Positions 37,656 to 52,340 of a DNA stretch of 64,000 nucleotides are shown piece after piece. Position 1 is the stretch's first letter. Each line of letters starts with the position of its first letter. A program made the position numbers and the translations under genes. This DNA comes from Octopus sinensis (Eukaryota). The notes under the pieces were generated by a model. The model made no database searches. It saw only the letters and a list, made by a program, of their open reading frames with translations, and was not told the DNA's origin. The DNA lies in NCBI RefSeq assembly GCF_006345805.1, contig NC_042999.1, forward strand, positions 154,318,001 through 154,382,000, given 5' to 3'.

Positions 37656-37885
37656 GTGTGTGTTTGGGTGTGTACATGTCATTGTGTCTGTTTGTCCCTC
37701 ACCACCGATTGACAACCGGTGTTGGTGTTTACTTCCCCGTAACACTAGCGGTTCATCAAAAGAGAGCCGATAGAATAGGTACCAGGCTTTTAAAGAATAA
37801 GTCCTGGGATCGACTTATTCGACTAAAAATTCTTCAAAGTGTTGCCCCAGTCTAATGAATGAAGCAAGCAAAAGATAAAAGATAA
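37465..37885 (+). mobile_element. SINE family A, full length
   Basis: ggcgtggatgtgtggtaagaagg...gaagcccgtta...(TA/TG)n...ccgatagaataggtaccaggc...aaagataaaagataaaa. Confidence 0.85.
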
Positions 37886-37889
37886 AATT

Positions 37890-38200
37890 GGGAGTTCCGG
37901 AAAGTTGAGATTTTCTTGCTGAAGAACTGAGAGCTGTCATTGGTTTGATGCTTGTGTTGGAATCGGTACGGGTGATGAAAGGGAAAGAAACGTGTGAGTT
38001 GAGAGTGTCTGAGTAGAGGTGATATAAAACCAGTTACTTTTGAAGAGAAGAGGCCATTGTAGTAGTGGTATAATAGACAGTAAGAGGAGGCACAGCACGT
38101 CTATGAGCCAAAGATTGTGTTGTCTTTTGGATGGAGGCGATTTCAGGTCAGTCAGCTCAGTACCGTTTTTCGTCGGATGTTTGGGTCTTGAATGTCTGAA
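37890..38200 (-). mobile_element. Old LINE C-terminal remnant (CR1/L2/Jockey group)
   Basis: Minus frames IQK...QSLAHRRAV...CLLYHYYNGLFSS...QFF...RNS resemble LAHRRxVxSLxLFYRYYNG...WNSLP. Confidence 0.55.
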
Positions 38201-39438
38201 TAAAAACAGCAGCAACAACACCGCTAAGCATTTTTCCCGGCTTGCTAACGATTTTGCCAGCTCGCCGCCTTGAGATAACAGAATATTAAGAACGTTGTAT
38301 TGATATTACGGTTGATTATTAAAGGTTAGCCTTGATCGAGCAGACCTATAGCCAACACCGTTGCAGCTGTGACCATCTCATCCATCACAGGGATGTCAAG
38401 GAACATTGTATAATGTTTCATTTCATCGTTTAAGACATTGGAGTCTGATTCGATGATTATAATATGTTACTTCCATTCGGTCATATCAGATGCAATATTT
38501 TGAAAACTTCCGCACGCTAATACAAGGCGAAGACCCCTTAAACTACAGGACAGAAACACACAATGAAAAGAATTTAGAGCCTACCAAAGGTAATGAGGAA
38601 TAGAGGATCTTAGCATGATATGGTTTCAGAGGATCTCTCGATTCATGGACTGGACGAGTTCCACTTACGCTGCAATACATTAATGTTATTGCTGCACCCT
38701 GATATGCACAGATCTATGATCAAAGACGCTTCATATATGACCATCCTCCTCACTTTTACAACTTTAGCGTATCTTTGACTACATTATCTGTTTAATTTAT
38801 CATTTAAAGACAGATTGTATGATCAAAGGGAATTATTGCTACTGTTTCTAATCTGTCAAGAGGCCATGTAAAGGCTCCCTTGTTGAAAGTTTTTACATGG
38901 TCTTCCGATTAGTGTAAAGTTAATGTGCAAATAATACACGATATAATATTAGCAGTGGAGTAACTAGAGAGTGTGCCGCCTAGAGCAATCTTTGAGTTTG
39001 CCGTTCCCACTCTGGCACTTAACCTTCTACAAAAAACCCCAAAAGTGCCGCCCCATAAAGACGTCTTCAAATACAGACTACCCTCGCCGCATTAGGGGCA
39101 ACTGAATGCTAGCACAGTCCGGGGTTGTCAAGAAACTGCATGAAGTATGTTTCTAATTGATACATCCTGTTGATCCCTTCAGTTGATCCCTGTAATACCG
39201 AAGTACGTCTCAGCTCTAAATTTAACCCCCTTTTAATACACTAATGCTATTGAGATGAGCCTGCATAAAAAGCTATTTATTGCATTTATCTTTCAGATAA
39301 AATCTCTGGTTTTGGCAGAATGTAATCGATGCTGGTTAAACAAACGCTCCTCAGGAAGTAGTGATGCAGCTTAATGTCCTAATCTAGGATCAAGCAACAC
39401 GTGACTAACTGAGCATTATCTGTCCTTCCCAAGTTTAT

Positions 39439-39597
39439 TTGGATAACAGATCGATGCCAAAATCAATCAATTAGTGTCTGGCTTTGATGCAAAGTAAATA
39501 TTGTAGAAGTGACAACAATCCCATCTGGTTGCTTGAGGCTGGATTGGTAGAAACATTGAAGCATTTTCGATAACCGACTCTAATACTAACACAGCAT
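39439..39597 (+). repeat. 159-bp direct repeat, copy 1 (copy 2 at 40889-41047)
   Basis: ttggataacagatcgatgc...taatactaacacagcat; about one mismatch between copies; both followed by (CA)n. Confidence 0.9.
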
Positions 39598-39611
39598 AAC
39601 ACACACACACA

Positions 39612-39669
<58 letters not shown>

Positions 39670-41413
39670 ACATACACACACTCTCACACACATATTTACA
39701 CTCACACACACACACACTCACACACACACATACACACATACACTCACACTCATACACACACACACTCACACACATACACTCACACATACAAACTCACACA
39801 CACACATACTCACACACACACACTCACATTCACACACACACTCACACACACTCACACTCACACACACACTCACATTCATATACACACACACACTCACACA
39901 CACACACTGCAGATTTAGACACTAGTATATTTACATACATTAATATACTAAATATCACATAATTATATCTAATTAGCATACTAAAACAGTAACTTGCTTG
40001 TACAACATTAAACATTCATTCATCCATACACTCATATATATATTCAATGATAAGCAAAAGTAGGTATACAGTCACTTAATATGAGTGGCGTGATTGTTAC
40101 CATTTTTCTTTTTCATTTTTAGGATAAGAATTCTACGATTGAAATATTATTATTTCTAAATCTCTCAAAGAGAGACATTCAGTAACAGTTCTTTAAAGTA
40201 AAGGCTATTTGCCAACATAATGTGGCTGTCCTGAAAGGGACGATGTTACTGTTGTTTTAGCCCCCCAAAAAACATTATTTCTAGCTGGCTATACGGCACA
40301 CTATCTGTATCCTTAGATTTTCGAACAGGGAGTTCAGTATCCCTATCAAGTGCTAAACAACATCTGTGGACTAGTTTCTGGGTTATTGCCCTTTATCAAC
40401 ACAGAGTCGCTGCTTTGGCCTGATGGCACTGCTGAATTCACCGTTCGAACATATAGTTTTCAAAGTGACACACAGTCACTATGATTATAAGTTCTTATAA
40501 ACTAATTCTTTTTGTAATAAAATAATTATTCTTGCTTTCAGATATTGGTTACATGGCTGGAAATTTTATCGACGATAAACAAAAGTGAATCATCAAACAG
40601 AACTGGAAAACAGAGAATGCAGAAATGGTTAGACGGAAATGAACTGAAGAATTTCAAAGAGCAGCTCCGTCAAGATTAACAGTTTACAAACTGGGTCCAT
40701 CTGCAATGCAAAGAAAGGTTGTCGACCGGTCAGCGTTACCTCAGTATAAAATTAAATGCTTGTGGCTGAAGCATTCACCCAAAGTCCTCAGAAACCCCCA
40801 AAAGGGCTTTCAAGGAACTAGGAATTTCTCGCAGATCCCTTTGTCGACTTGTGAATCGCTTAGGTTAAGAAAGAAATAAGGAAATAAGTTGGATAACAGA
40901 TCGATGCTAAAATCAATCAATTAGTGTCTGGCTTTGATGCAAAGTAAATATTGTAGAAGTGACAACAATCCCATCTGGTTGCTTGAGGCTGGATTGGTAG
41001 AAACATTGAAGCATTTTCGATAACCGACTCTAATACTAACACAGCATCGCACATACATACACACACACACACCGCGACTGTATATTTACTTTTGCCCATG
41101 CCTTATATACGTAAATTAAAGTATATAACACAGTGGTTCCTAACAGTGGTTCCCGACCCTTTTATTGAAAAGATTTTTCTCACGGATCCCGTTTAATATG
41201 CTTATCCTGTAGTGCCACAGTATGGTTCCAGTCCAATCACTAAAACAAGAAAAGAGGCAAAAAACACAAGTAAGCATGTACGTGTGTGTGGTGTGTATGT
41301 GTGTGTGTGTACATATTCTGTTATTGTTTTGTTTTAGTCATTAGAGTAAGGCCATGCTGGAGCACCTTCTTCAGTCAAATCAAACCCTGTACTTATTCTT
41401 TTAGAGGCTGGTA

Positions 41414-42705
41414 CGAGGGGCGTTCAATAAGTAATGCCTCTGACCCATTTGCCTTTGTTTGATCTAGCTGAAATTTTGCATGTGCAATTATTGATATCTC
41501 TATAGATTAAGTAGCAAATTACAGCTCCGAACTAATTGTGGTTTCTGCTTTACAGGTGTTTGAAATGAGTCAAGTGGGAAATGGAGCATGTTGAGTGTCG
41601 AGCAGTGATCCGGTTTTTGTATTTGAAATGACGCACACCACAGGAGACTTTTAATGAAATGAAAGTAACTTATGGTGATGATGCCCCATCATATGACCTT
41701 GAAAAACGCTGGCATCGAGAATTCAAACATAGTCGGAACTCTGTGGAAACAGCTCCCAGATCTGGTCACACCCCTTCTGCCATTGATGAGGCATCTGTCC
41801 GTCAAGTTTAGGCTGCCATTTTGGAAGATCGACGCATAACTATTCGCCAAATAGCCCATGAGGTCAAGATTAGTACCGGGTGTGTGGAAACTATCATTCA
41901 TGACCATTTGCATATGGAAAAGGTGTCTGCCAGATGGATTTCCAGGTTGCTCACACTTTTCCAGAAGCAAGAACGCAAGAATTCCAAAAGCAAGAATTTA
42001 GGTATGTGCCAAGAAGATGAGTCAAAATTTTTCAAAAGACTGATTACACAGGATGAGACCTGGGTCCATCACTATGATCCAGAGACCAAAGCCCAGTCAA
42101 TGCAGTGGAAGCACCATGACTCACCTCCTCCAAAGAAGGCAAGGGTGCAGCCCTCCGCTGGCAAGGTCATGCTCACAGTCTTCTGGGACCAGGACGGATT
42201 AGTGATGACAGATTTCCTGGCAAAGGGTACCACAATTACAGGAGCCTATCATGTTTCACTTTTGAGGAAATTAAGAGAAGCTATCGAAACCAAGAGGCGG
42301 GGCAAGATCAGCAAAGGCATCCTCCTCCTGCAGGACAACGCTCCGGTCCACAACTCGCGTGTCGCCAGATCAGAAGCACAGGCGTGCGGCTATGAACTCT
42401 TCCCCCATCCCCCTACTCTCCTGACCTTGCACCCTCTGATTTTCACCTCTTCCCAGCCATGAAGTTGTTTTTGAAAGGAAAGCGTTTCCCAGATGATGCA
42501 GCCTTGATTTTTGAAGTCACGTCGTGGTTGGAGGACCAAGCTGGGGTCTTCTACGAAAACGGTCTCCAGAACTGCATCAAACGATGGGAGAAATGCGTAC
42601 CTCTGGGTTGTTCCTATGTAGAAAAAGACTAATACCTGTGCCAAGTTTCGTTGCTCTACTGCTATGGGAAGTGGGTGAGGGGCATTACTTATTGAACGCC
42701 CCTCG
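41414..42705 (+). mobile_element. Full-length (1292 bp) defective mariner transposon, D,D34D, irritans-like
   Basis: 25-bp perfect TIR cgaggggcgttcaataagtaatgcc with TA on both sides. Transposase about 41582-42630 with KVSARWISRLL, ITQDETWVHHYDPE, LQDNAP and frameshifted YSPDLAPSDF; in-frame stops present. Inserted in a SINE A tail. Confidence 0.95.
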
Positions 42706-42789
42706 TACATATTCTATCGCCTCTATTTGCCAACCTACTATTTATTGGCGATGCAATGGCAGTAATACCGGTTATTAAGCATTAAGTGT

Positions 42790-42841
42790 ATGCAGATACA
42801 TACATATATACATACATACATACATACATATATATATATTA

Positions 42842-42889
<48 letters not shown>

Positions 42890-43061
42890 TATATATATAC
42901 ACGCATATATATACATACATGTATATACATATATAAATACATAAATATATATGTTGTGGGTATATACCATGATATAATATATATATTATTATATATATAT
43001 ATATAGTAATACTAAGTAATTAAGGGTTTAGCAACGATTTGCCTCACCACACAATATATAT

Positions 43062-43130
<69 letters not shown>

Positions 43131-43265
43131 TAGACAGACAGAGATACATACGTACAGACAGACAAACAGGCAGACACACAGGCAGGCAGACTGGCAGATA
43201 GCCAGACAGAATGGCAGACAGACAGACAGACAGACTGGCAGGCAGATAGATAGATAGATAGAAAG
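42790..43265. repeat. (TA)n, (GA)n and (GACA)n microsatellites
   Basis: Directly visible. Confidence 0.9.
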
Positions 43266-43416
43266 AAGCATGTATCTATGTTTGTATGTGTATATGTGTG
43301 TTAGAAAAAGGGCCGAGTGAGGGCTAAAGAGGGTGAAAGAAGGAGAGAGAGACGAGAGGGAGGGAGAAAGAGAGTGAAACAGAGAGAGAAAAGAGAGGTG
43401 AGGGATGGAAAAGCGG

Positions 43417-43448
<32 letters not shown>

Positions 43449-43879
43449 ATGAGAGACAGGCAGACAGAGATAGAGAATATATAATGGAAATTTCTGGCGT
43501 CGATTTCAAGTTACAAGTCACCGTTAGCAGGTGGCAAACGAACTTGTTTTTCTCTTCTGTAGTATGTAGCAGCAATAGAATAGCTGAGTAAATCGAAAAT
43601 CGATATTTGTCAATCTGTCACCTACCACCTACTGCATGTAGTTACAGCATGTACTTTGCGACACATGCATGTTGCTAGTTCAATCCTGGATACTGTCAGG
43701 GCACCACACGAAAGTATCTGAATTTATTGATTCTATTGATTTTGAAACTTGTTTCACCATTGCGTCTATTCATTTCTTATCAACATCCTGGAGTCTGTTT
43801 TCCTAAATATCTGCGGCATAAGCGTAAAGCTGGAAAAAAATAATAATAAAGCATAAATGATAAAAGGAAAATAAAATCA

Positions 43880-44030
43880 GGAGTGGCTCTAAGTTAGCTT
43901 TCCAACCCCATAGTTCCGGGTTCAGTTCCAATGCAGGGTACCTCACGCATGACGTCTTCTACTATAGTCTCGGGCCGCCCAAAGCCTTGCGAATGGATTT
44001 GGTAAACGGAATCCGAAAGAAACCCGTTGT
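43880..44030 (+). mobile_element. SINE family A, 5' half
   Basis: ggagtggct...ttccaaccccatagttccgggttcagttcc...aaagccttgcgaatggatttggtaaacggaa. Confidence 0.75.
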
Positions 44031-44095
44031 GTATATATCTATATACATAAAACTGAGAATGTGTGTCTGTGTATCTGTCTGTCTGTCTGTTTGTG

Positions 44096-44127
<32 letters not shown>

Positions 44128-44569
44128 TGTATGTATGTATGTATGTGTGCATCACTAAAACTCGAGAACTACCCAACCGATTTCATTGACATTTTACACA
44201 TACACTATGAATGAAAAAAGTAAAATAAAAAAGAAACGGAAAATAAAGAATATATATAATAAAGAAACTCAGAAATTGTGATTTTCGATTTTTTGTTCAT
44301 CTTCAAGTTCTCCTTCAGTTTCTCCTTGAAACCGAACGTACATATAAGTATATGACATCTGTTTCCTAACAGCAACATTAATAGAGTTCAGCACATCTCT
44401 CGGTATAGTTTTGATCTTAATTGCACATATATCATCTGAAGTGCACAAGGGATATAAGAACTCACCAAAATCCCATGCAAGCTTAGCTAAACATGAAAAA
44501 TATCTTATAATCAAGGACGAGCTGCTGTTTATAATAAACATAAGGATATATTGTTCATAGTGGGAGAGT

Positions 44570-44740
44570 TCACGAAAAAAACAACTACAAAAGACGAAGA
44601 CAGGTGGTGTACAAAACAAACAGATGTATTAGTATAACGCTCAGGAATAGAAAAAGTCTTTTATGTTTCGAGCCTAAGCTCTTCTACAGAAAGAGACACA
44701 GAGAAAAAAAAAACAAGGAGAGAAAAAATGTGTGTAGGGG
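44570..44740 (-). mobile_element. Variant-HHR PLE-type repeat
   Basis: Minus strand cttt CTGTAGA AGAGC ttag GCTC GAAAC ATA aaag at 44658-44693. Confidence 0.8.
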
Positions 44741-45231
44741 CTATAATGGTGTGGCTGACTACCGACAGTTCTTGGCAACAGACTGATTGCTGGTACAACT
44801 ACATGCTGACATTAAGGTCAAAGACTTGGGTGACAAAGGCAAATCTGGAGCGGTGCTGCTGCCACGCACACTGACATCTTGAGCTGCGTTTAAGAACGAT
44901 TATCTCGACATAATGTCATTCAGTCACTAAAACACCATTCTAATCTAGGACCCACAAACGCACTGTCACTTTCTACTATTCTTGTCCAATTTCAAGAGAA
45001 ATCGCTACTAGTTACTTTTGAAGTCTTCTTGAAGTAGTCAGGTGCCAGTATAATTGGAAAAATAACAATGCAGCTATTAATAAGAAATGTTGAAATTAAT
45101 GCAATCAAGATTTCACAGCTCTAACACCACTCCTTCATAGCCAACCTACGTGTTTTAGTGATTAGACTGCGGCCATTCTGGGGCACCATATAGAAAACTT
45201 TTAGTCGAACGAATCGATACCAACAATTTGA

Positions 45232-45459
45232 ATTGGGTTGTCCGGAAAGTTCGTGCCGATTTATAGTAGCTTACCTTTCGACGTATCCTCCCAGGCACCT
45301 CAGTTTTGGGAAGAGGGTATTTTCAAGTTAATGGAAAGATGGTGACGCATTGTGCAACAAAATGGTTCATATTTGGTTGATTAAAAATGTAATGGCGAGT
45401 ATTTATTGACCCTTTTCTTTCCTTTAAAAATCGGCACGAACTTTCCAGACAACCCAGTA
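45232..45459 (+). mobile_element. Mariner-derived MITE (deletion derivative) nested in a SINE A tail
   Basis: TIR ttgggttgtccggaaagttcgtgccgattt pairs with aaatcggcacgaactttccagacaacccag. Interior encodes FWEEGIFKLMERW*RIVQQNGSYL, a mariner C-terminus. Confidence 0.85.
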
Positions 45460-45829
45460 TTAAACCCATATATACCACCTGGTTGCGTTTTCGCAACGCA
45501 AAACCTATTCCTACATGTTTGGGTATAAACTCGCCGGGAAGCATCTGACTGACCATACGAAATGTTCAGTAGGTAGTTGACACCCATAGCTAACAGTTGC
45601 ATACTGTCCTTCTCTTCCAGATTGTAAAAGCTTACCATAACGTTTAATCTAAATACAGTGAATTTTTTTATGGCATATATGGATTAAGCATGGTATTTAT
45701 TCTACCGGTCTCTTTTGTCGAACCACTAGGTTACGGGGACGTAACCAGACCAACACTAGTTGTCAAGCAATGTTGTAGGGAACACATACACACACACACA
45801 CACACATGCCGGCACTCATGTATATATAT

Positions 45830-46140
45830 ATCACCGTGATCGCCATGACCGATCAGGCTATCAGATGCTGCTACACATCGCTGGTCACAATGCCCTTCGC
45901 ATTGTTTTCGCCTTCAAATGACGCCACCCCGCTGGCTAAGCGAGCAGGCCAACAGAAGAAAAAGTGAGAGAAAGTTGTGGCGAAAGAGTACAGCAGGGAT
46001 TGCCACTCCCCACTACCGTAACCTCGTGGAGCTTTAGGCGTTTTCGCTCAATAAACACTCACAATGCCCGGTCTGGGAATCGAAACAGGGATCCTACGAC
46101 CGCGAATCGGCTGCCCTAACCACTGGGCCATTGCGCCTCC
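45830..46140 (-). mobile_element. SINE family C (head C1 plus a different tail Z)
   Basis: Minus strand ggaggcgcaatggcccagtggttagggcagc...gagcgaaaacgcctaaagctccacg...gcgaagggcattgtgaccagcgatgtgtagc. Confidence 0.85.
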
Positions 46141-47547
46141 ACACCCACACACACACACATACATACATGCATGCACATGCACACACAGACATAGATATAT
46201 ACGTATCTATAAAAGGATTTATTCAAATTACTATAGCACACATGATTCAATAATGGTCTTAGAATATGTTCACATAATATATAGCCATTATTTCTTCACT
46301 AATTAAAATTGAAATAAATGTAAAAAAAAAAAAATGAAGTAAAGTATAGCCTAAGCTTTTTTAAGAATATTTATTTAGCAGAATAAATTATGGATATTCA
46401 TCATATCAACGTATAAGTCCATTATTGAATCATATATACAATAGTAATTTGAATAAATCCTTTTAAATATTATATTACTCTATTGATTTTTTTACAATGT
46501 AAACTGATTAAGTAGAATGTTTTACTTTTTTCGTAATTCACATCTCTTCAGAATTGAATTTCCAAGTTACGGTTTACTGTTTGTGTCTTAAAACATTTTG
46601 AGACATCTTTTCATCAAAATTTATACTATATGTATATATAAGAATGTATGTATATATGCCATTATTCATTTTTTTTTTCAAGATTTTATGTCAATACCTA
46701 CCTCACGACAGGAGACACGGATGCGGGCAGCAGCATCGAACTCCCTTGTTGATCAAGTGCCACGTATCAGAGGTGGATTCACAAACTAGTGTAGCTCATT
46801 CAGCGGTGGTGCCCCAGCATGGCCGCGGCCTTCGGGCTAAAACATTTTTAAGGATTTAAGGATTTAATAGAGAAAGAGTCGGTTTCTAACCTAGATCAAA
46901 GACTCCTTCATCGGAATTTCAGCATCAACAACAGGATACTTTTGTATGTATGTATGTATGTATGTATGTATGTATGTATGTATGTATGTATGTATGTATG
47001 TATGATTGCATGTATGTATGTATGTATGTATGTATGTATGTATGTATTACAGGGATATGTATGTATGTAGATAGATTTATCTCTCTCTTCTAGCTTTTCT
47101 CTTTTCAAAGAAAATATTTCTCCCAGCGTTCACCATTTTCCTCTCATTCTGGTCTAACAACCCTTCATGTTTGTTTTCGTTCAGTTTCCTTGTATGTCTC
47201 CACTGTCCTGTTTTTGTTCCCAACTTTGACACTCCATAAATCCAAAATTATATTTTGGAATTTATTGGAGCAACTGTCTTCGAAGACTCATATTGTCGTT
47301 GAATGCTCGAAAGGAGGAGTAGATAGACAGCCGACAATTGATGAAGGTTCGTTCTTTGTGCTACTTGTCCTGTTTTCTATTTTCTTTCTCGCTGTTTGAG
47401 TACTTAACTCATTTGTTTTCGTACATCATGTTGTTTATACAGTTGGTGACATCATGTACCTATATATGCACACACACACACACACACACACATTTATATA
47501 TATACTATGTATAATATTATTTAATTGAAAGCCACGCATCCATTTCC

Positions 47548-47624
<77 letters not shown>

Positions 47625-47814
47625 GGATTAACAGAGTGGGCCGGAGTGATCGTCCCGGAGGAGACTAAATGAGGTTGAACCATCGGTATCTGATGATCTG
47701 GCAACGGAGTTCTGGGAGAGTTCCAAGTCTCCGTGCATACGCACATGCATGCTTACGCATGTACAAGCACTGTTGGATGACCGTTGACTGCTCATGACCT
47801 CTTCGGCTCTTCTA

Positions 47815-47847
<33 letters not shown>

Positions 47848-47865
47848 CACATACATACACACACA

Positions 47866-47946
<81 letters not shown>

Positions 47947-47948
<2 letters not shown>

Positions 47949-48578
47949 TTTCATCATCCTTGTGGCTATGGCGAAAGAATGTATCTGGTGGACGCGTCTG
48001 AAAGGATTGGAGACAAACACTTTCCTCTCTGGTCAATCTCTCATCAACTTCTTCAAGTACCACTTGAAAAGGAAAGTGAGAGTAGAGAGGCAAGTTTTGT
48101 CTAGCGAATGCTTTAAAAAAAGATGGGTGAATGTAGCAAGAATGGCACGTATGAATGACGAAGCCACCTTGAGCATAGTCCTATGAACCCAGAAATCGAA
48201 AACAGAGAGTTGCTTATTTGCAAAAAAAAAAAAAAAAAAAAAAAAAAGAAATATAAATGTGACTTCATTGACCGAGGTTACCGTGGTCTTTTCCGTAGGC
48301 TTTTCTTTCCACGGGTAAACCTCACCTGTCCTCCCCTTTACACTTCATATTGACATTCTGTGATAACGATCCCTATTGATCAATTTTTTTTTTCCTCTCC
48401 CCCTTTTTTTAACCCCCCTTTTTTTAACCCCCCTTTTTTGTCCTCTTTCTCTCCTTTTACGATCCCTTTTGATCGAAACTCCCCCTTCCTTTTTTTTTTT
48501 TTTAAACCTTCAAAAGAAAAGCTCTACCTTGTAATTTGTTCTATCTGTGTGCAGCCCTGTGTGGCTAATAAAGAAACA
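47947..48578 (+). mobile_element. Second, shorter 3' copy of the Tx1 LINE at 24578-25836, embedded in (CTAT)n
   Basis: IFIILVAMAKECIWWTRLKGLETNTFLSGQSLINFFKYHLKRKVRVER...; same 3' UTR and aataaagaaaca end. Confidence 0.9.
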
Positions 48579-48659
48579 TATCTATCTATATCTATATCTA
48601 TATATATATATATATATTATATATATATATATATATATACGTATGCATATATTTATGTG

Positions 48660-48845
48660 TGCCTGTGTCTATGTTCCCACCCATTGCTTAGCAACCGATG
48701 TCGGTGTGTTTACGTCCCTGTAACTTAGCAATTCGCAAAAGAAACAGATAGAATAAGTACTTCGATTAAAAGCCCAATGAGGCGGTGCTCCAGCATATCC
48801 GCAGTCAAATGACTGAAACAAATAAAAGAATAAAAGAAAATATAC
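48660..48845 (+). mobile_element. SINE family A, 3' half
   Basis: ggtgtgtttacgtccctgtaacttagc...gcagtcaaatgactgaaacaaataaaagaataaaag. Confidence 0.85.
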
Positions 48846-48925
48846 ACACACACACATTTATATATAAAGAGAGAGAGGGAAAGAAAGAAAGATAGACAGA
48901 CAGACATACAAATAGATAGATAGAT

Positions 48926-49028
<103 letters not shown>

Positions 49029-49276
49029 GACATAAAATAACTTATTGCATGAGACACTAACTGTCATTTGCACAGTGATATAAATCTATTTTCAAACTCG
49101 AAATAATGATGAGAATATTTTCTGCTTGTATACACTCAATTATTGGAACTCTACAGCTGACATTCTGTCCATCTTAATTCATTGATACATTCTAAATTCA
49201 CACCAAACTGTTCTGTGCTGATAATATCTTTAGATTTGGTGTGTATATATATATATATATAATATCTTTAGATTTG

Positions 49277-49320
<44 letters not shown>

Positions 49321-49449
49321 CAAATCTAAAGATAATATCAGCATAATATAGCACAGAACAATGTTTGGTGCGAATAGGAAATGTGTTAATGAATGTATAT
49401 ATGTGCGTATATATAAGTATATACATGTACATATATGTATGTATATATA

Positions 49450-50672
<1,223 letters not shown>

Positions 50673-50675
50673 ATC

Positions 50676-51025
50676 ACACCGGACGAAATGTTCAGCGGTA
50701 TTTCGTCTGCCGTTACGTTCTGAGTTCAAATTCCGCCGAGGTCGACTATGTGTGTGTGTGTGTGTGTGTGTGTTTGTGTGTGTGAGTGTATGTGTGCGTG
50801 TGTATGTGTGTGTGTGTGTTTGCGTGTGCATGTGTGTGTGTTTGTGTGTCTGTATTTGTCCCCCCAACATCGCTTGACAACCGATGCTGGTGTGTTTGCG
50901 TCCCCGTAACTTAGCGGTTCGGCAAAAGACACCTATTTGAAAATGATACCAGGCTTACCATGCCTACAGGAAGTGCAAAAACTCGTGTTAACTGGAACGG
51001 TCTCCTTTCGGGGTCGATTAAATAA
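50676..51025 (+). mobile_element. Chimeric SINE B / SINE A / R4-LINE fragment / SINE B
   Basis: SINE B head 50676-50747, (GT)n, SINE A tail to 50930, R4 coding piece 50931-51001, then tcctttcggggtcgattaaataag. Confidence 0.75.
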
Positions 51026-51384
51026 GTTTTTGCGTAATTTAGACGACAATTTATTCACCGCATTCTGTATGTATGTATATATATGCAACGCGCGCACACA
51101 CACATGCATACACATGTGTGTACCCCACATGCATACACATGTGTGTACCCCACATGTTTGCATATCTGGAAACTGCCAGTTGTATAAAATATATGAGAAA
51201 CTACGACAATCATTTATACACACATACACACACGCTCATACACACACACACACACACACATACACACACACACACGCAAATACACCCTCACGCACACACA
51301 CAAATGTATACATATACATAAACACACGCAAATATGCGTGTGTGATTGTGTGTGCTTGTACCTGTATGTATATCTCTGATGTCT

Positions 51385-51600
51385 GTATTTTGATACCCGG
51401 CACGAATCAACAGGATATAGCTAACACTTTTCCGATATTCGGATGGCTTCCAGTCTTCCATGTCCGATAACTTTCTCTCAGCTACAATTGTAATCTTATA
51501 CTCTCCGATGTATACCAACACATCAAGTTGTTCCTGAAATAAATAAAAAAAATCGAAGGAGAATAAAACCCGTCAAAATTAGCACGAATACACTTTACAT
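51385..51600 (-). mobile_element. Possible maT-like transposon 5' remnant
   Basis: Minus frame MEDWKPSEYRKSVSYILLIRAGYQNTDI resembles the N-terminus of the maT ORF at about 49590. Confidence 0.35.
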
Positions 51601-51945
51601 ATATGTACTCACGCACAGATATATGTGCGTGCACATATCTGCACCAATACACGTAACAGTTGCACGCATATATGCACACACACACATACACACAGACACA
51701 CACACAGACACACGATGTGAAATTGTAGTAGTATAAAAGCAATGTACCCCAAAATTTCATAAATCGAATTTAGTAGAAAACAACTGGATGACTCCAGCCC
51801 AACGGCCCTCAGATTGCACAATCTGTGTGATGGTTGTTTTCTACCTGGTTACCAATACCACTTGCCGCATCAGTCATCATAATTGCAGTAGAGGCTACAG
51901 CTACCCACCGCGTGCTTCTATCAACACAATATTATAGAGGTCAAG

Positions 51946-52340
51946 GGCGGCGAGCTGGCAGAAACGTTAGCACACCGGACAAAATGCGTAGCCGTATTTC
52001 GTCTGCCGTTACGTTCTGAGTTCAAGTTCCGCCGAGGTCGACTTTGCCTTTCATCCTTTCAGGGTAGATTAAATAAGTACCACTTACGCACTGGGGTCGA
52101 TGTAATCGATTTAATCCGTTTGTCTGTCCTTGTTTGTCCCCTCTGTGTTTAGCCCCTTGTGGGTAGTAAAGAAATAGGTATTTCGTCTGCCGTTACGTTC
52201 GGAGTTCAAATTCCCCCGAGGTCGACTTTGCCTTTCATCCTTTCGGGGTCGATTAAATAAGTATCAGTTACGCACAGGGATCGATGTAATCGATTTAATC
52301 CGTTTGTCTGTACTTGTTTGTCCCCTCGATGTTTAGCCCC
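51946..52340 (+). mobile_element. SINE family B, head plus two tandem units
   Basis: Same layout as 9433-9845. Confidence 0.9.

Noticed and set aside
46870-46920. Further HHR-like strings (here, 11980-12025, 54866-54905, 47335 and 8300-8345)
   Set aside because: Each lacks an intact GAAA/NUH or a supportable helix I; they may be decayed PLE ends but are not called.
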